A stretch of DNA of 64,000 bases from Nitrospirota bacterium (GTDB lineage Bacteria > Nitrospirota > UBA9217), in the NCBI GenBank assembly GCA_963740085.1, contig CAVUCU010000004.1:448001-512000 (forward strand), written 5' to 3'. The position numbers and the translations under genes were made by a program. The notes under the pieces are model-generated. The model did no database searches and had not been told where the DNA came from. It saw nothing but the letters and a program-made list of their open reading frames with translations. Below are positions 1 through 10,479 of this stretch, piece after piece (the stretch's first letter is position 1; every line of letters begins with the position of its first letter).

Positions 1-2976
1 GGGAATGCCATGACTGACGCTTTTCTCGCAAATTTCAGGACCGGTGCGGTGAATGACACCAGCGCACCGTCCGTTGTAGCAGGCTCAATCATTCCTGCTT
101 CCAGCGCCACAACTGTATCGGTGAATACTCCGATCAGTGTTACATTCAGCAAGCCGATGAACGTATCAACCATTAACCTTTCAACTTTTATCGTCAGCGA
201 TGGAACTTCGACGATCCCCGGCGACATGCAGTATTACGGAACTAATGCCGTATTTACACCGAGCAATCCTCTACCGCCGTCCACCACCTATACAGTTACC
301 ATTACCAATGCCGTTGCGGACCTGTCGAGCAATCCACTATCCGGTTATTCCTGGAGTTTTACTACAGAACCGCTTGCGTCGGACGCTGTACCGCCGCAGG
401 TTCTGGCCAACTATCCGACTTGTATCAAAAATGTGCCGGTCTATAGTCAGATAGTTGCTCTCTTCAGTGAGACGATGCTCGTGAGCTCAATTACGCCGAC
501 AGCTTTTAGTCTTACGGATTCTTTGACTCAAACACCTGTCTTGGGGAATATAAAGATCGAGCGGTGCAATTGTTATTCTTTACGCCTACACTGCCCTTAG
601 CGTACAACACGAATTACACTGCGACGATATATACGGCAGCTACAGATATTGCAGGGAATCCACTCACAAGTATCTATTCCTGGAGTTTTACTACGGAAGT
701 TGATTGCCGCATTTACCATCACACCGAGTGCAGGCGCGAATGGAAGCATAAGCCCGAATACGGTGCAGACGGTGACCTACGGAGCGACGCCGTCCTTCAC
801 GATTACGCCCGTCACCGCCTATCATGTCGCCGATGTGTTGGTGGATGGCACCTCGGTTGGAGCTGTGACAACTTATACGTTCCCCCCAGTGATAGCTGGC
901 CATACGATCAGTGCAAGTTTCGCGATCAATACGTACACCATCACAACGACCCCCGGAGCCAACGGCACAATCACCCCTGCTAATCCTACGATTAATTCTG
1001 GAGCAAATCAGGCGTTCACGATCACGCCGGATGCCGGCTATCATATTGTTGACGTCTTGGTGGATAGTGCTTCGCTCGGTGCGCTGACTTCATACACATT
1101 CACAAATGTAACGGCCAATCATACGATCAGCGCGAGCTTTGCGATCAATTCAACATCCACTAACTTAATATCCTCGTCTAATCCCTCGACCTTCGGTGTT
1201 GCATTGACATTTACAGCAACGGTAGCAAGTGCTTTTGGTACACCGACCGGAACGGTTACGTTTAGTGATGGAGGAACTACTATAGGCACAGGTACATTGT
1301 CCGCTGGTGTAGCGACTTTCAGCACATCAACATTGACTAGTGGTTCTCATTCCATTACCGCGGCATACAGTGGAGATACGAATTTTGCGGTTTCAACGTC
1401 ATCTCCTCTTATCCAAACCGTGAACGTGACCAACCAGGCAACTCTGACGGTCATAGCAACCCCGTCGACCGTCGCTTACGGTAGTACGTCGACGCTGAGC
1501 AGCAGTGGCGGCAGCGGTACGGGAGTAGTAACGTTTAGTGCAGGCGCATCGACCGGCTGTTCAGTAGCGGGCACAACACTCTCTGTGACAAATGCCAGCG
1601 GTACCTGCTTGGTAACAGCGACAAAAGCTGCGGACACCAATTACACTGCAGCCACTTCAGCTCCACTCACAATAACACTTCAGAAGATTGGCCAGACGAT
1701 CACGGTAGGAACTCATGCTCCCGCGAGCGCGGCGTACAATTCGCAATTTACGGTAGCGGCAACAGCGAGTTCGCTGCTGCCAGTGGCAATCACTACCAGT
1801 GGCGGATGCAGCGGCAGCGGCAGCGGGTCAGCGACAATAACGATGACGAGCGGTACGACTAGTTGTACCATAAACTACAATCAGGCGGGCGATACCAACT
1901 ATGTGGCCGCTACCCCGGTGACAGAAAACACGACGGCCGGGAAGATTAGCCAGACGATCACGGTAGGAACCCATACTCCCGCGAGCGCGGCGTACAATTC
2001 GCAATTTACGGTAGCGGCAACAGCGAGTTCGCTGCTGCCAGTGGCAATCACTACCAGTGGCGGATGCAGCGGCAGCGGCAGCGGGTCAGCGACAATAACG
2101 ATGACGAGCGGTACGACTAGTTGTACCGTAAACTACAATCAGGCGGGCGATACCAACTATGTGGCCGCTACCCCGGTGACAGAAAACACGACGGCCGGGA
2201 AGATTAGCCAGACGATCACGGTAGGAACCCATGCTCCCGCGAGCGCGGCGTACAATTCGCAATTTACGGTAGCGGCAACAGCGAGTTCGCTGCTGCCAGT
2301 GGCAATCACTACCAGTGGCGGATGCAGCGGCAGCGGCAGCGGGTCAGCGACAATAACGATGACGAGCGGTACGACTAGTTGTACCGTAAACTACAATCAG
2401 GCGGGCGATACCAACTATGTGGCCGCTACCCCGGTGACAGAAAACACGACGGCCGGGAAGATTAGCCAGACGATCACGGTAGGAACCCATGCTCCCGCGA
2501 GCGCGGCGTACAATTCGCAATTTACGGTAGCGGCAACAGCGAGTTCGCTGCTGCCAGTGGCAATCACTACCAGTGGCGGATGCAGCGGCAGCGGCAGCGG
2601 GTCAGCGACAATAACGATGACGAGCGGTACGACTAGTTGTACCGTAAACTACAATCAGGCGGGCGATACCAACTATGTGGCCGCCACCCCGGTGTCAGAA
2701 AACACGACGGCCACGAAGATTGGCCAGACGATCACGGTAGGAACGCCTGCTCCGGCCACTGCGGTGAATAATTCGCAATTTACGGTAGCAGCGACAGCCC
2801 CGGGTGGGACAGTGAGCATAACGACCTTAGGATCCTGCACAGGAACAGGCTCAGGTTCAGCAACGATCACGATAACCAGCGATACCGGCATTTGTACGGT
2901 CCTTTACGGCCAGGTCGGAAACAACAATTACGAAGCCGCCCCTCAAGTGACGAGTGACACCACGGCGCTACCATAA
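1..2976 (+). CDS. Large Ig-like repeat surface protein, 5'-partial; split by apparent frameshifts near 570 and 710
   Basis: ORFs 10..600, 564..983 (first part only) and 649..2976 read as one chain: Big_5/SbsA-like modules (PISVTFSKPMN...YSWSFTT), InlB-B-like repeats (ITPDAGYHIVDVLVD), a Big_3-like domain and Cys-containing 86-aa repeats. The frame is open to base 1. Confidence 0.8.
1691..2722 (+). repeat. Four near-identical 258-bp (86-aa) intragenic tandem repeats, plus a diverged fifth copy to ~2970
   Basis: gccagacgatcacggtagga recurs at 1691, 1949, 2207, 2465 and 2723 (period 258). Confidence 0.95.
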
Positions 2977-3238
2977 CCGGCTTGACCGCCGGCACCTGCA
3001 CTATCAGGGCATCCCAGGATGAAGATGCGAATTATAATGCGGCCGCTAACGTAGACCGGACCCTGACAGTGAATTAAAATAAGATAACGATAGGCATTTT
3101 TCTCTTATAACGAATTGTTTGCATTTAATGCGCTTAGAGAATATTGACTACTACTGATTCGAATAGCCAATTCATAAACTATAAAAGAACGCTTTCAACA
3201 AGATTGCTCCATACCATCAGCTAACGAGGAAATATTCT

Positions 3239-4384
3239 ATGAAGATCCCATCGCGTAAGAAAAATCCCGTCATTCTTCCGCAAAGCGCGGATATGTTCGA
3301 TGACGAAGAATATAGCGGTTATGAGGAAGAGTTCTTTCTCGAGTTTCTTGTATTCGAGCGAAGACGGAGTGAACGCTCCGGGCGGCCGTTTCTCGTGTTG
3401 ACGATGGATTTTACCGGAATTCGTGATATGGAGAGCAGACGTGAATCCGTAAAGTGGGCCATGCAGACGTTGTCAGTACTTACCCGGGATACCGATATCA
3501 AGGGGTGGTACAAAAACCCGACGGTCCTGGGCGTTATCTTTACTGAAATGAACAGCCTTGAAACGGAGACCTTGCAGAATAAGATTCACGAAAGTCTCTC
3601 CTCACGTTTGTCGGACCAACAACTCGATGACATACAGTTATCATTTCACAGGTTTCCCAAGGACGAAAAGCCAAACAAGCCGGGAGACTCGGTAAATTTC
3701 ACGTTCTATCCCGAGTATCCAAAAAGAGAGCGGTCCCAAAAAAACGCCCTCAGGATAAAACGGGTAATCGACGTGATCGGCAGTTTGACAGGCATCATTA
3801 TTTTTTCTCCATTTCTTTTGATCATCCCTCTTTGCATTAAGCTGACCTCTCGGGGACCGGTTCTGTTCCGGCAGCAGAGAGTTGGACAAAATGGGAAGGC
3901 TTTCATCTTTCTAAAATTCAGGAGCATGTATGCCGACAATAACGAGGAAGTTCATAAAAAATACGTCCAGAACCTGATCGTCGGAAAAGTATCCGGAGAG
4001 ACAAAAGATAATGGTGCCGGAAAAAAAGTATTCAAGATCGTTAACGACAAGAGAGTAACTCCCCTTGGGAATATTCTGAGGAAGACGAGTCTGGATGAAC
4101 TGCCTCAGTTTTACAATGTGCTGATAGGTGAGATGTCATTAGTAGGGCCGAGACCTCCCATTCACTATGAGCTCGAGAAGTATGATTCATGGCACCGGCG
4201 CCGCGTCTTGGAGGTAAAACCGGGGATAACCGGGTTATGGCAGGTCACCGGGCGGAGTTCAACAACGTTTAACGAGATGGTGCGTCTCGACCTCCAGTAC
4301 GCGACCAACTGGTCCTTATGGATCGATATGAAAATACTTCTGAAGACCACGTGGGTAATGGTGGCAGGGAAGGGTGCGTATTAA
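3239..4384 (+). CDS. Priming polyprenyl-phosphate sugar transferase (Bac_transf) with degenerate GGDEF-like N-terminal domain
   Basis: Motifs KRVIDV, KFRSM, LRKTSLDELPQ, MSLVGPRP, KPGITGLWQV; one TM helix; N-terminal ERRRSER...RDTD. Confidence 0.92.
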   Translation: MKIPSRKKNPVILPQSADMFDDEEYSGYEEEFFLEFLVFERRRSERSGRPFLVLTMDFTGIRDMESRRESVKWAMQTLSVLTRDTDIKGWYKNPTVLGVIFTEMNSLETETLQNKIHESLSSRLSDQQLDDIQLSFHRFPKDEKPNKPGDSVNFTFYPEYPKRERSQKNALRIKRVIDVIGSLTGIIIFSPFLLIIPLCIKLTSRGPVLFRQQRVGQNGKAFIFLKFRSMYADNNEEVHKKYVQNLIVGKVSGETKDNGAGKKVFKIVNDKRVTPLGNILRKTSLDELPQFYNVLIGEMSLVGPRPPIHYELEKYDSWHRRRVLEVKPGITGLWQVTGRSSTTFNEMVRLDLQYATNWSLWIDMKILLKTTWVMVAGKGAY

Positions 4385-4389
4385 GGGCA

Positions 4390-4483
4390 GAACGCGAAGT
4401 GCATAGCGCATAGCGCGAAGAGCATAGTGAAAATGGTGAAATTTAGATTTCAGGACCGCGAAATCACGTTTTGCTCTTCGCGC
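4390..4483. repeat. Short-repeat/inverted-repeat relic enclosing a possible four-helix-bundle gene start
   Basis: gcatagc repeats; 12-bp inverted repeat gcgcgaagagca (4413-4424) / tgctcttcgcgc (4472-4483); ATG at 4433 reads MVKFRFQD. Confidence 0.55.
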
Positions 4484-4505
4484 AGTGATTGTATCAGGAG
4501 GATAC

Positions 4506-5508
4506 ATGATTAACATAGGCATCATAGGATTCGGTTATTGGGGACCGAACATCGTTCGGAATTTCAGCAACCTTGAGGGGGCCAGGGTCGTCTCTATTTG
4601 CGATGGCAACCAGGACGCAATGAAGCGGGCGAGCAAAGCTTATCCGCACATCAAGGTAACAAGTAACTACAATGACATCCTCAATTCACCTGACATTGAC
4701 GCAGTTGCTGTCATCACACCGGTATCTACACACTTCAAACTGGCCAAACAGGCACTTGAGAACGGAAAGCATGTGTTTGTGGAAAAACCTTTTACCGCAT
4801 CGATCGCACACGCGGAGAAATTGATCGAGTTGGCCGAGAAAAAGAAATTGACCATAATGGTGGATCATACCTTTATCTTCACCGGCGCGGTGAGAAAGAT
4901 CAAACAGCTCATAGATCAACGGGCTCTGGGGGATCTTTACTACTACGATTCGGTCAGGGTCAACCTGGGACTTTTTCAACGCGATGTGAATGTGATCTGG
5001 GACCTCGCACCTCATGATTTTGCCGTCATGGACTACCTCCTCAGCGAAAAGCCATTTGCTGTTGCAGCTGAGCGGAAAAGCGCACGTAAGTGAGATGGAG
5101 GATACCGCTTACATCACTGTGCACTTCAGCGACAACATGATCGCGCATTTCAACGTTAATTGGCTGTCTCCGGTGAAGATCAGGACCACCCTCATCGGGG
5201 GAGAGAAGAAGATGCTTATGTGGAACGACCTGGAACCGGATGAAAAGATCAAGATATTTGACAAGGGGGTCGAAGTAACGAGCACGGAAGCAAAATATAA
5301 AATGCTCGTCAACTACCGCTCCGGAGACATGTACGCTCCGCGAGTCGAGCCAATGGAAGCCCTCAAGGTAGAGACCGAGTATTTTCTCCAGTGCATTTTA
5401 AATAGTGAAACACCGGTCAACGATGGACATGCGGGCTTGCGCGTGGTGAAGATGCTTGAAGCCTGCAATCTTTCGCTCAAGAAGAACGGTCGGGCGGTGA
5501 CGGTATGA
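4506..5508 (+). CDS. Gfo/Idh/MocA family NAD-dependent oxidoreductase (nucleotide-sugar dehydrogenase); frameshift near 5070
   Basis: GIIGFGYWGPN, HVFVEKP, WDLAPHD in 4485..5093; C-terminus (VNWLSPVKIR) in 5014..5508; SD AGGAGG before ATG 4506. Confidence 0.88.
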
Positions 5509-5984
5509 AATACGTCTCCGTCGCTGATGATGTCCGGCTGGGGGAAAACGTCAAGCTTGCCAACTTCGTCAATCTGTATGGATGCGCTATCGGCGATAAC
5601 ACGAAGATCGGGACTTTTGTTGAAGTCCAGAAGAACGCGTGTATCGGCAGGAATTGCAAGATCCAGAGCCACACCTTTATCTGCGAAGGCGTCACCATCG
5701 AGGATGATGTGTTTGTCGGACATGGTGTCATATTCATCAATGACAAGTATCCCCGTTCGACAACTGGGGACGGGAATCTGCAAAGCGAGGCTGACTGGAA
5801 AGTGATCCCTACGGTCGTAAAAAAAGGGGCGTCAATCGGGTCCGGTTCTACGATCCTTTGCAATATTACCATCGGAGAAAAAGCAATTATCGGCTCCGGC
5901 AGCGTTGTAACAAAAGATGTTCCGCCAAACACGATCGTTGCGGGAAATCCGGCAAAGATCGTGAGGAAGATCGAAAATGAATAA
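5505..5984 (+). CDS. Hexapeptide-repeat N-acetyltransferase (WbpD/WlbB-like)
   Basis: Left-handed beta-helix repeats, FINDKYPR, VAGNPAK. Confidence 0.9.
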   Translation: MKYVSVADDVRLGENVKLANFVNLYGCAIGDNTKIGTFVEVQKNACIGRNCKIQSHTFICEGVTIEDDVFVGHGVIFINDKYPRSTTGDGNLQSEADWKVIPTVVKKGASIGSGSTILCNITIGEKAIIGSGSVVTKDVPPNTIVAGNPAKIVRKIENE

Positions 5985-6067
5985 GAAAATCCCGTTTCTG
6001 ACAGAACACCGCGTTTAATCCGGAAGTCATGAAGAGCACAAAATATGAACAGTAGGGGATCACGTGA

Positions 6068-7171
6068 ATGAATGTCGACTGTGATGTAGCAATAATAGGA
6101 GCAGGGGTAATTGGACTTGCCATCGCAGCGGTCCTGTCAGATGATGAGCGGAATATATATATAGTAGAAAAGAATGTAACCCACGGCATGGGTGTGAGCT
6201 CCCGGAACAGCGAGGTGATACACGCCGGCATCTATAATCCTCCCGGTTCGTTAAAAGCAAGATTCTGTATCGAAGGGAGGGAATTGCTGTATGAGACGTG
6301 CATAAGCAATAACATCCCGTACCAAAAGACCGGCAAGTTGATCATTGCAACAACTGAGCAGGAGAGGGGAAAGCTCGAGGAACTCATGAGCAATGCGGAA
6401 CGGAACGGCGTTTCCTCCGTATATTTCCTTGAGGAAACGAGAATTCGCGAGATGGAACCGCACATCAGGGCGGTTGCCGGCCTCCACTCCCCTGATACGG
6501 GTATCATAAGCGTACATCATCTGATGGACTACTATCTGCAAAAAGCAAAAAAGAGAGGGGCAGAAATAGTCTATGGCACGAATGTCACCGGGATACAAAA
6601 AGTGTCCCGGGGTTACCAGATCACCACAGTAGATGCCGGCGGTGATCGTTTCGAGTTCGTCGCAGAAAGGGTTGTCAATGCAGCGGGGTTGTGTTCAGAC
6701 GAGATAGCAGGGATGCTGGGAAAAGAATATTCGCTTCATTACTGTAAGGGGGATTACTTTAGTATAAACAATGTAAAAAAAGGATTGGTTCAGAGACTGA
6801 TCTATCCAGTTCCTGAGGTAAATCATGTCGGTTTAGGCGTCCACCTTACATTGGATCTGAGCGGGAGGATGAAATTAGGTCCCGACGCTACCTATATTGA
6901 AAGGACAGAAAATTATAAGGTTGACGCGGGGAAAAGAAACAAATTCTTTGAGGCTGCGGTCAAGTTTCTGCCTTTTATAAAAAGGGAAGATATCGTCCCT
7001 GAGATGTCAGGCATTAGACCAAAGCTCCAGGGACCGGGAGAGGGCTTCCGTGATTTTGTGATCAGCGAAGACTTTCCCGGTTTCGTTAATCTTGTAGGAA
7101 TCGAGTCACCCGGACTTACAGCCGCACCTGCCATCGCACGATACGTCAGCAATATTTTAACAGGCAAGTAA
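6068..7171 (+). CDS. FAD-dependent oxidoreductase, L-2-hydroxyglutarate oxidase (LhgO)-like
   Basis: IIGAGVIG, SSRNSEVIHAGIY, LIYPVP, LGVHLT, GIESPGLT. Confidence 0.88.
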   Translation: MNVDCDVAIIGAGVIGLAIAAVLSDDERNIYIVEKNVTHGMGVSSRNSEVIHAGIYNPPGSLKARFCIEGRELLYETCISNNIPYQKTGKLIIATTEQERGKLEELMSNAERNGVSSVYFLEETRIREMEPHIRAVAGLHSPDTGIISVHHLMDYYLQKAKKRGAEIVYGTNVTGIQKVSRGYQITTVDAGGDRFEFVAERVVNAAGLCSDEIAGMLGKEYSLHYCKGDYFSINNVKKGLVQRLIYPVPEVNHVGLGVHLTLDLSGRMKLGPDATYIERTENYKVDAGKRNKFFEAAVKFLPFIKREDIVPEMSGIRPKLQGPGEGFRDFVISEDFPGFVNLVGIESPGLTAAPAIARYVSNILTGK

Positions 7172-7257
7172 TTGTTGCTCTGATTGCAAGTGCAAGATGG
7201 ACGGCAGAGCATCGCAGGGAAACTGAGATCAATTTGAAAGGGGCTTGAGGAGAATTT

Positions 7258-8235
7258 ATGAAGATCGAAGGTAAAAAGTTCTTGATAACAGGCGGCGCTG
7301 GATTAATGGGATCCCATATCACTGATCAACTGCTGGCGAAAGGGGCTTCCGAGATCATATTATTGGACAATTTTGTTCGGGGAAGCATGCATAACATAGA
7401 GGATGCTTTAAAGGATAAAAGGGTCAGGCTCGTGAAAGGCGACATCCGCGACCTGGATCTGCTCATGGATCTTGCGACAGACGTAGACGGGATGTTTCAT
7501 TTGGCTGCACTGAGGATAACCGCCTGCGCTGACAATCCCCGGGATGCTATGGAAGTAATGCTGACGGGTACTCATAATGTGTTTCAAACGGCTGTGGAAA
7601 AGAAAGTCGGTAAGTTGGTATACGCGTCGTCAGCATCCGTTTACGGTTTGGCTGACGTGTTCCCCACAAACGAAAAACATCACGCTTTTAATAATCGAAC
7701 GCTTTATGGAAGTGCCAAGATCGCCGGTGAAGGGATGGCGCGCTCTTTTGCGGAAATGTACGGTCTCCAGTATGTCGCCTTGCGTTATTTTAATGTCTAC
7801 GGGCCTCGCATGGACATTCATGGCAAGTACACAGAGGTCCTCGTTCGATGGCTGGACCGCGTCGGCGCCGGACAGGCTCCAATTATTTTTGGGGATGGTT
7901 TACAGACCATGGACCTCGTTTATATTGACGACGTTACGGACGCCAATATCATTGCGATGGAATCCGATGTGACTGACGAAGTATTCAACGTCGCGAGCGG
8001 GAAGGAGACCAGTCTCCTGGAACTTCTTCAAGCTGTGCTCAAGGTCACCGGGTCTACGCTGAAACCGGAGTTCTTACCTGCTCGTACCGTGAATCCGGTC
8101 CCTCGAAGATTGGCCGACACAAAGAAGGCGGAAAATCTGTTGGGATTCAAGGCAAAAGTTAGTGTAGAAGAGGGGTTGATACGTTTGATCGCATGGAGAA
8201 AAGAAATTCTTGCACGATATGGCAACGTTTCGTAA
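7258..8235 (+). CDS. NAD-dependent nucleotide-sugar epimerase/dehydratase (extended SDR)
   Basis: TGGAGLMGS, ASSASVYG, YGSAK, LRYFNVYGP. Confidence 0.92.
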   Translation: MKIEGKKFLITGGAGLMGSHITDQLLAKGASEIILLDNFVRGSMHNIEDALKDKRVRLVKGDIRDLDLLMDLATDVDGMFHLAALRITACADNPRDAMEVMLTGTHNVFQTAVEKKVGKLVYASSASVYGLADVFPTNEKHHAFNNRTLYGSAKIAGEGMARSFAEMYGLQYVALRYFNVYGPRMDIHGKYTEVLVRWLDRVGAGQAPIIFGDGLQTMDLVYIDDVTDANIIAMESDVTDEVFNVASGKETSLLELLQAVLKVTGSTLKPEFLPARTVNPVPRRLADTKKAENLLGFKAKVSVEEGLIRLIAWRKEILARYGNVS

Positions 8236-8468
8236 GAGGGGATATGGGTTGCGGCGCGTATTTCAGAAAAAAGAGATCCATCACAACATAGTTCGTAGGC
8301 AAATTAGACTATTCAAAGTGAAGTTGTTCCAAAATTTATCACAGAATTAATTACCAACCACATGATATGTGAAGACTATCGAACGACGCGGGCTCGGCAT
8401 CACTTTTGCTTCAGCAGATGACCAGGATTAAAATTCTTTAGCAGGATTTTGAAAGACAGGTAAAAAAA

Positions 8469-9716
8469 ATGATCCCAATAGCTAAACCTTTCCTCGGAGA
8501 AGAGGAAGCTGCCGCAGTAAAAGAGGTAATTCTTTCCGGATGGCTGACTCAAGGTCCTCGGGTCAAGCAGTTTGAAGAAGCGTTCTCGTTATACACAGGC
8601 GCGCCATTTTCCTGCGCTGTTTCCAGCTGTACAACAGCCTTGCATCTCGCACTTCTTGTCGTTGGCGTAAAGCCGGGAGATGTCGTCATTACCGTAAGCC
8701 ACTCATTCATTGCAACAGCGAATTCAGTGCGGTATTGTTCGGCGGAACCGGTCTTTATTGATATCGATCCTCATACGTATAACATGTCGCCGGAAAGTCT
8801 CAGAAAATGTCTCTATGAAGACTGCGAAGTTCGGGATGGCGAATTGTTCTTCCGTGACGTCGCAAAACTCGCAGTCGGTGAATCACCCTTATGTAATTTC
8901 ATTGACGGTGGCTCATCATCAAAAAGACCTTCACGAGGCCGGGTAGCCGCCATCATGCCGGTCCATCAGATGGGCATGCCCTGCGATATGAGCGCCATTC
9001 TTACCCTTGCCGGAAAATTCAAGATTCCGGTCATCGAAGATGCTGCATGCGCGATAGGGTGTGAAATTAATATCGGCGGCAGGTGGGAAAGGATCGGCAA
9101 GCCGCACGGTGATATCGCATGTTTTTCCTTTCATCCGCGGAAAATCGTTGCTACCGGCGACGGGGGAATGCTGACGACAAACAACCCTGAATACGACAGA
9201 AAGTTTCGTCTTCTCCGCCAGCATGCCATGAGCGTGCCGGATACGGTCAGGCATAGTTCGAAAAAGGTCATCTTTGAAGAGTATGTCACCACCGGATTTA
9301 ACTACAGAATGACTGATGTTCAGGCAGCCATCGGAATAGAACAACTTAAAAGATTGCCGGGCTTTCTCAAAGATCGGAAGAAGATTGCCGCTCAGTATTT
9401 TAATAAATTGAAAGAGGTGTCCTGGCTGGAGCCGCCTCAGGACCCGCCCTATTGCAGGGGAAATTGGCAGAGCTACCCTGTAAGAGTGTTGGATAATGCG
9501 CCAGTGAGCCGTGATGGGCTTATGCAACTTCTGCTCGACGCTGACATCTCCACGCGCCGCGGGATCATGAATGCCCACCAGGAACCTGCATACGTTCCGG
9601 TGTTCCCGCTCATTCACTCCGAAAAAGCGAGAGATTCCGTCATCCTGCTTCCGCTCTATACGGGCATGAAAGAAGAAGAAACTGAAGTAGTTATTAAAAG
9701 GATCATAAATGCCTAA
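8469..9716 (+). CDS. DegT/DnrJ/EryC1/StrS PLP-dependent sugar aminotransferase
   Basis: SSCTTALHL, IEDAACAIG, FSFHPRK, GDGGM, GFNYRM. Confidence 0.93.
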   Translation: MIPIAKPFLGEEEAAAVKEVILSGWLTQGPRVKQFEEAFSLYTGAPFSCAVSSCTTALHLALLVVGVKPGDVVITVSHSFIATANSVRYCSAEPVFIDIDPHTYNMSPESLRKCLYEDCEVRDGELFFRDVAKLAVGESPLCNFIDGGSSSKRPSRGRVAAIMPVHQMGMPCDMSAILTLAGKFKIPVIEDAACAIGCEINIGGRWERIGKPHGDIACFSFHPRKIVATGDGGMLTTNNPEYDRKFRLLRQHAMSVPDTVRHSSKKVIFEEYVTTGFNYRMTDVQAAIGIEQLKRLPGFLKDRKKIAAQYFNKLKEVSWLEPPQDPPYCRGNWQSYPVRVLDNAPVSRDGLMQLLLDADISTRRGIMNAHQEPAYVPVFPLIHSEKARDSVILLPLYTGMKEEETEVVIKRIINA

Positions 9717-10366
9717 GAAGCTTCTTTTGTTTCCGTTCGGAGGCAACGCAAGAGAATCTCTTCTGTCAGTTTTTGCAACGAATGAGAGAAATAAGGAATG
9801 GGATATTTTGGGTTTCATCGATGATGATCCGTCGCAGCATCGGGAAAGATTGTTGCGGCATAAAGGTCGTCGGGGGAAGGGTGATCCTCGAGGAGATCCC
9901 GGATGCATTCCTTCTCGCGGTACCCGGGAGTCCGACAAGCTATCTCAGACGCAAAGACATCATCAGTAGTTTACATGCAGATAGATCACGCTTTGCAACG
10001 ATCATCCATCCGTCTGTAGTAATAGCTCCGGATGCAACAATCGGTCATAACACGATCATAATGCCCAATGTCGTCATCAGTTGCGGAGTCAGGATCGGCA
10101 GTCATTGTATCTTATTGCCGAATAGCGTCGTTTCCCATGACAGCATTGTTGACGATTACTGCTGCATCGGTTCCAATGTTTCAATTTCCGGTTCTGTCAG
10201 AATTGGTTCAAGCTGTTATATCGGTTCGGGAACGAAGATGCGTGAGAATGTATCCATTGGTGAAGGGACGCTTGTCGGGCTGGGATCGAATGTGATTTCA
10301 GATATCGAGGCAGGTGTTGTTGCCGCCGGAAGTCCGGCAAAAGTGTTTAGAAAAGTTACGTCTTGA
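9709..10366 (+). CDS. NeuD/PglD-family sugar acetyltransferase; frameshift near 9840
   Basis: N-terminal GGNARE...LGFIDDD (9709..) joins TIIHPS, hexapeptide repeats and AGSPAK (..10366). Confidence 0.85.
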
Positions 10367-10387
10367 AAAATAAATTTAAAATGTTCT

Positions 10388-10404
10388 TGTCGAAGAAACT
10401 TACA
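10388..10404. promoter_or_regulatory. Candidate upstream activator site (TGT-N11-ACA) for a sigma54 enhancer-binding protein, possibly PrsR
   Basis: TGTcgaagaaacttACA ends 60 bp upstream of the sigma54 motif. Confidence 0.5.
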
Positions 10405-10463
10405 TTTTACTAAAACAATTAAAAGGGCCGTAAAAATACCCAATTTATTAAAATATTATCAAT

Positions 10464-10479
10464 TGGCACGGCAATTGCT
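10464..10479 (+). promoter_or_regulatory. sigma54 (-24/-12) promoter
   Basis: TGGCACGgcaaTTGCT matches TGGCACG-N4-TTGCW; intergenic and upstream of the giant secreted proteins. Confidence 0.85.
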
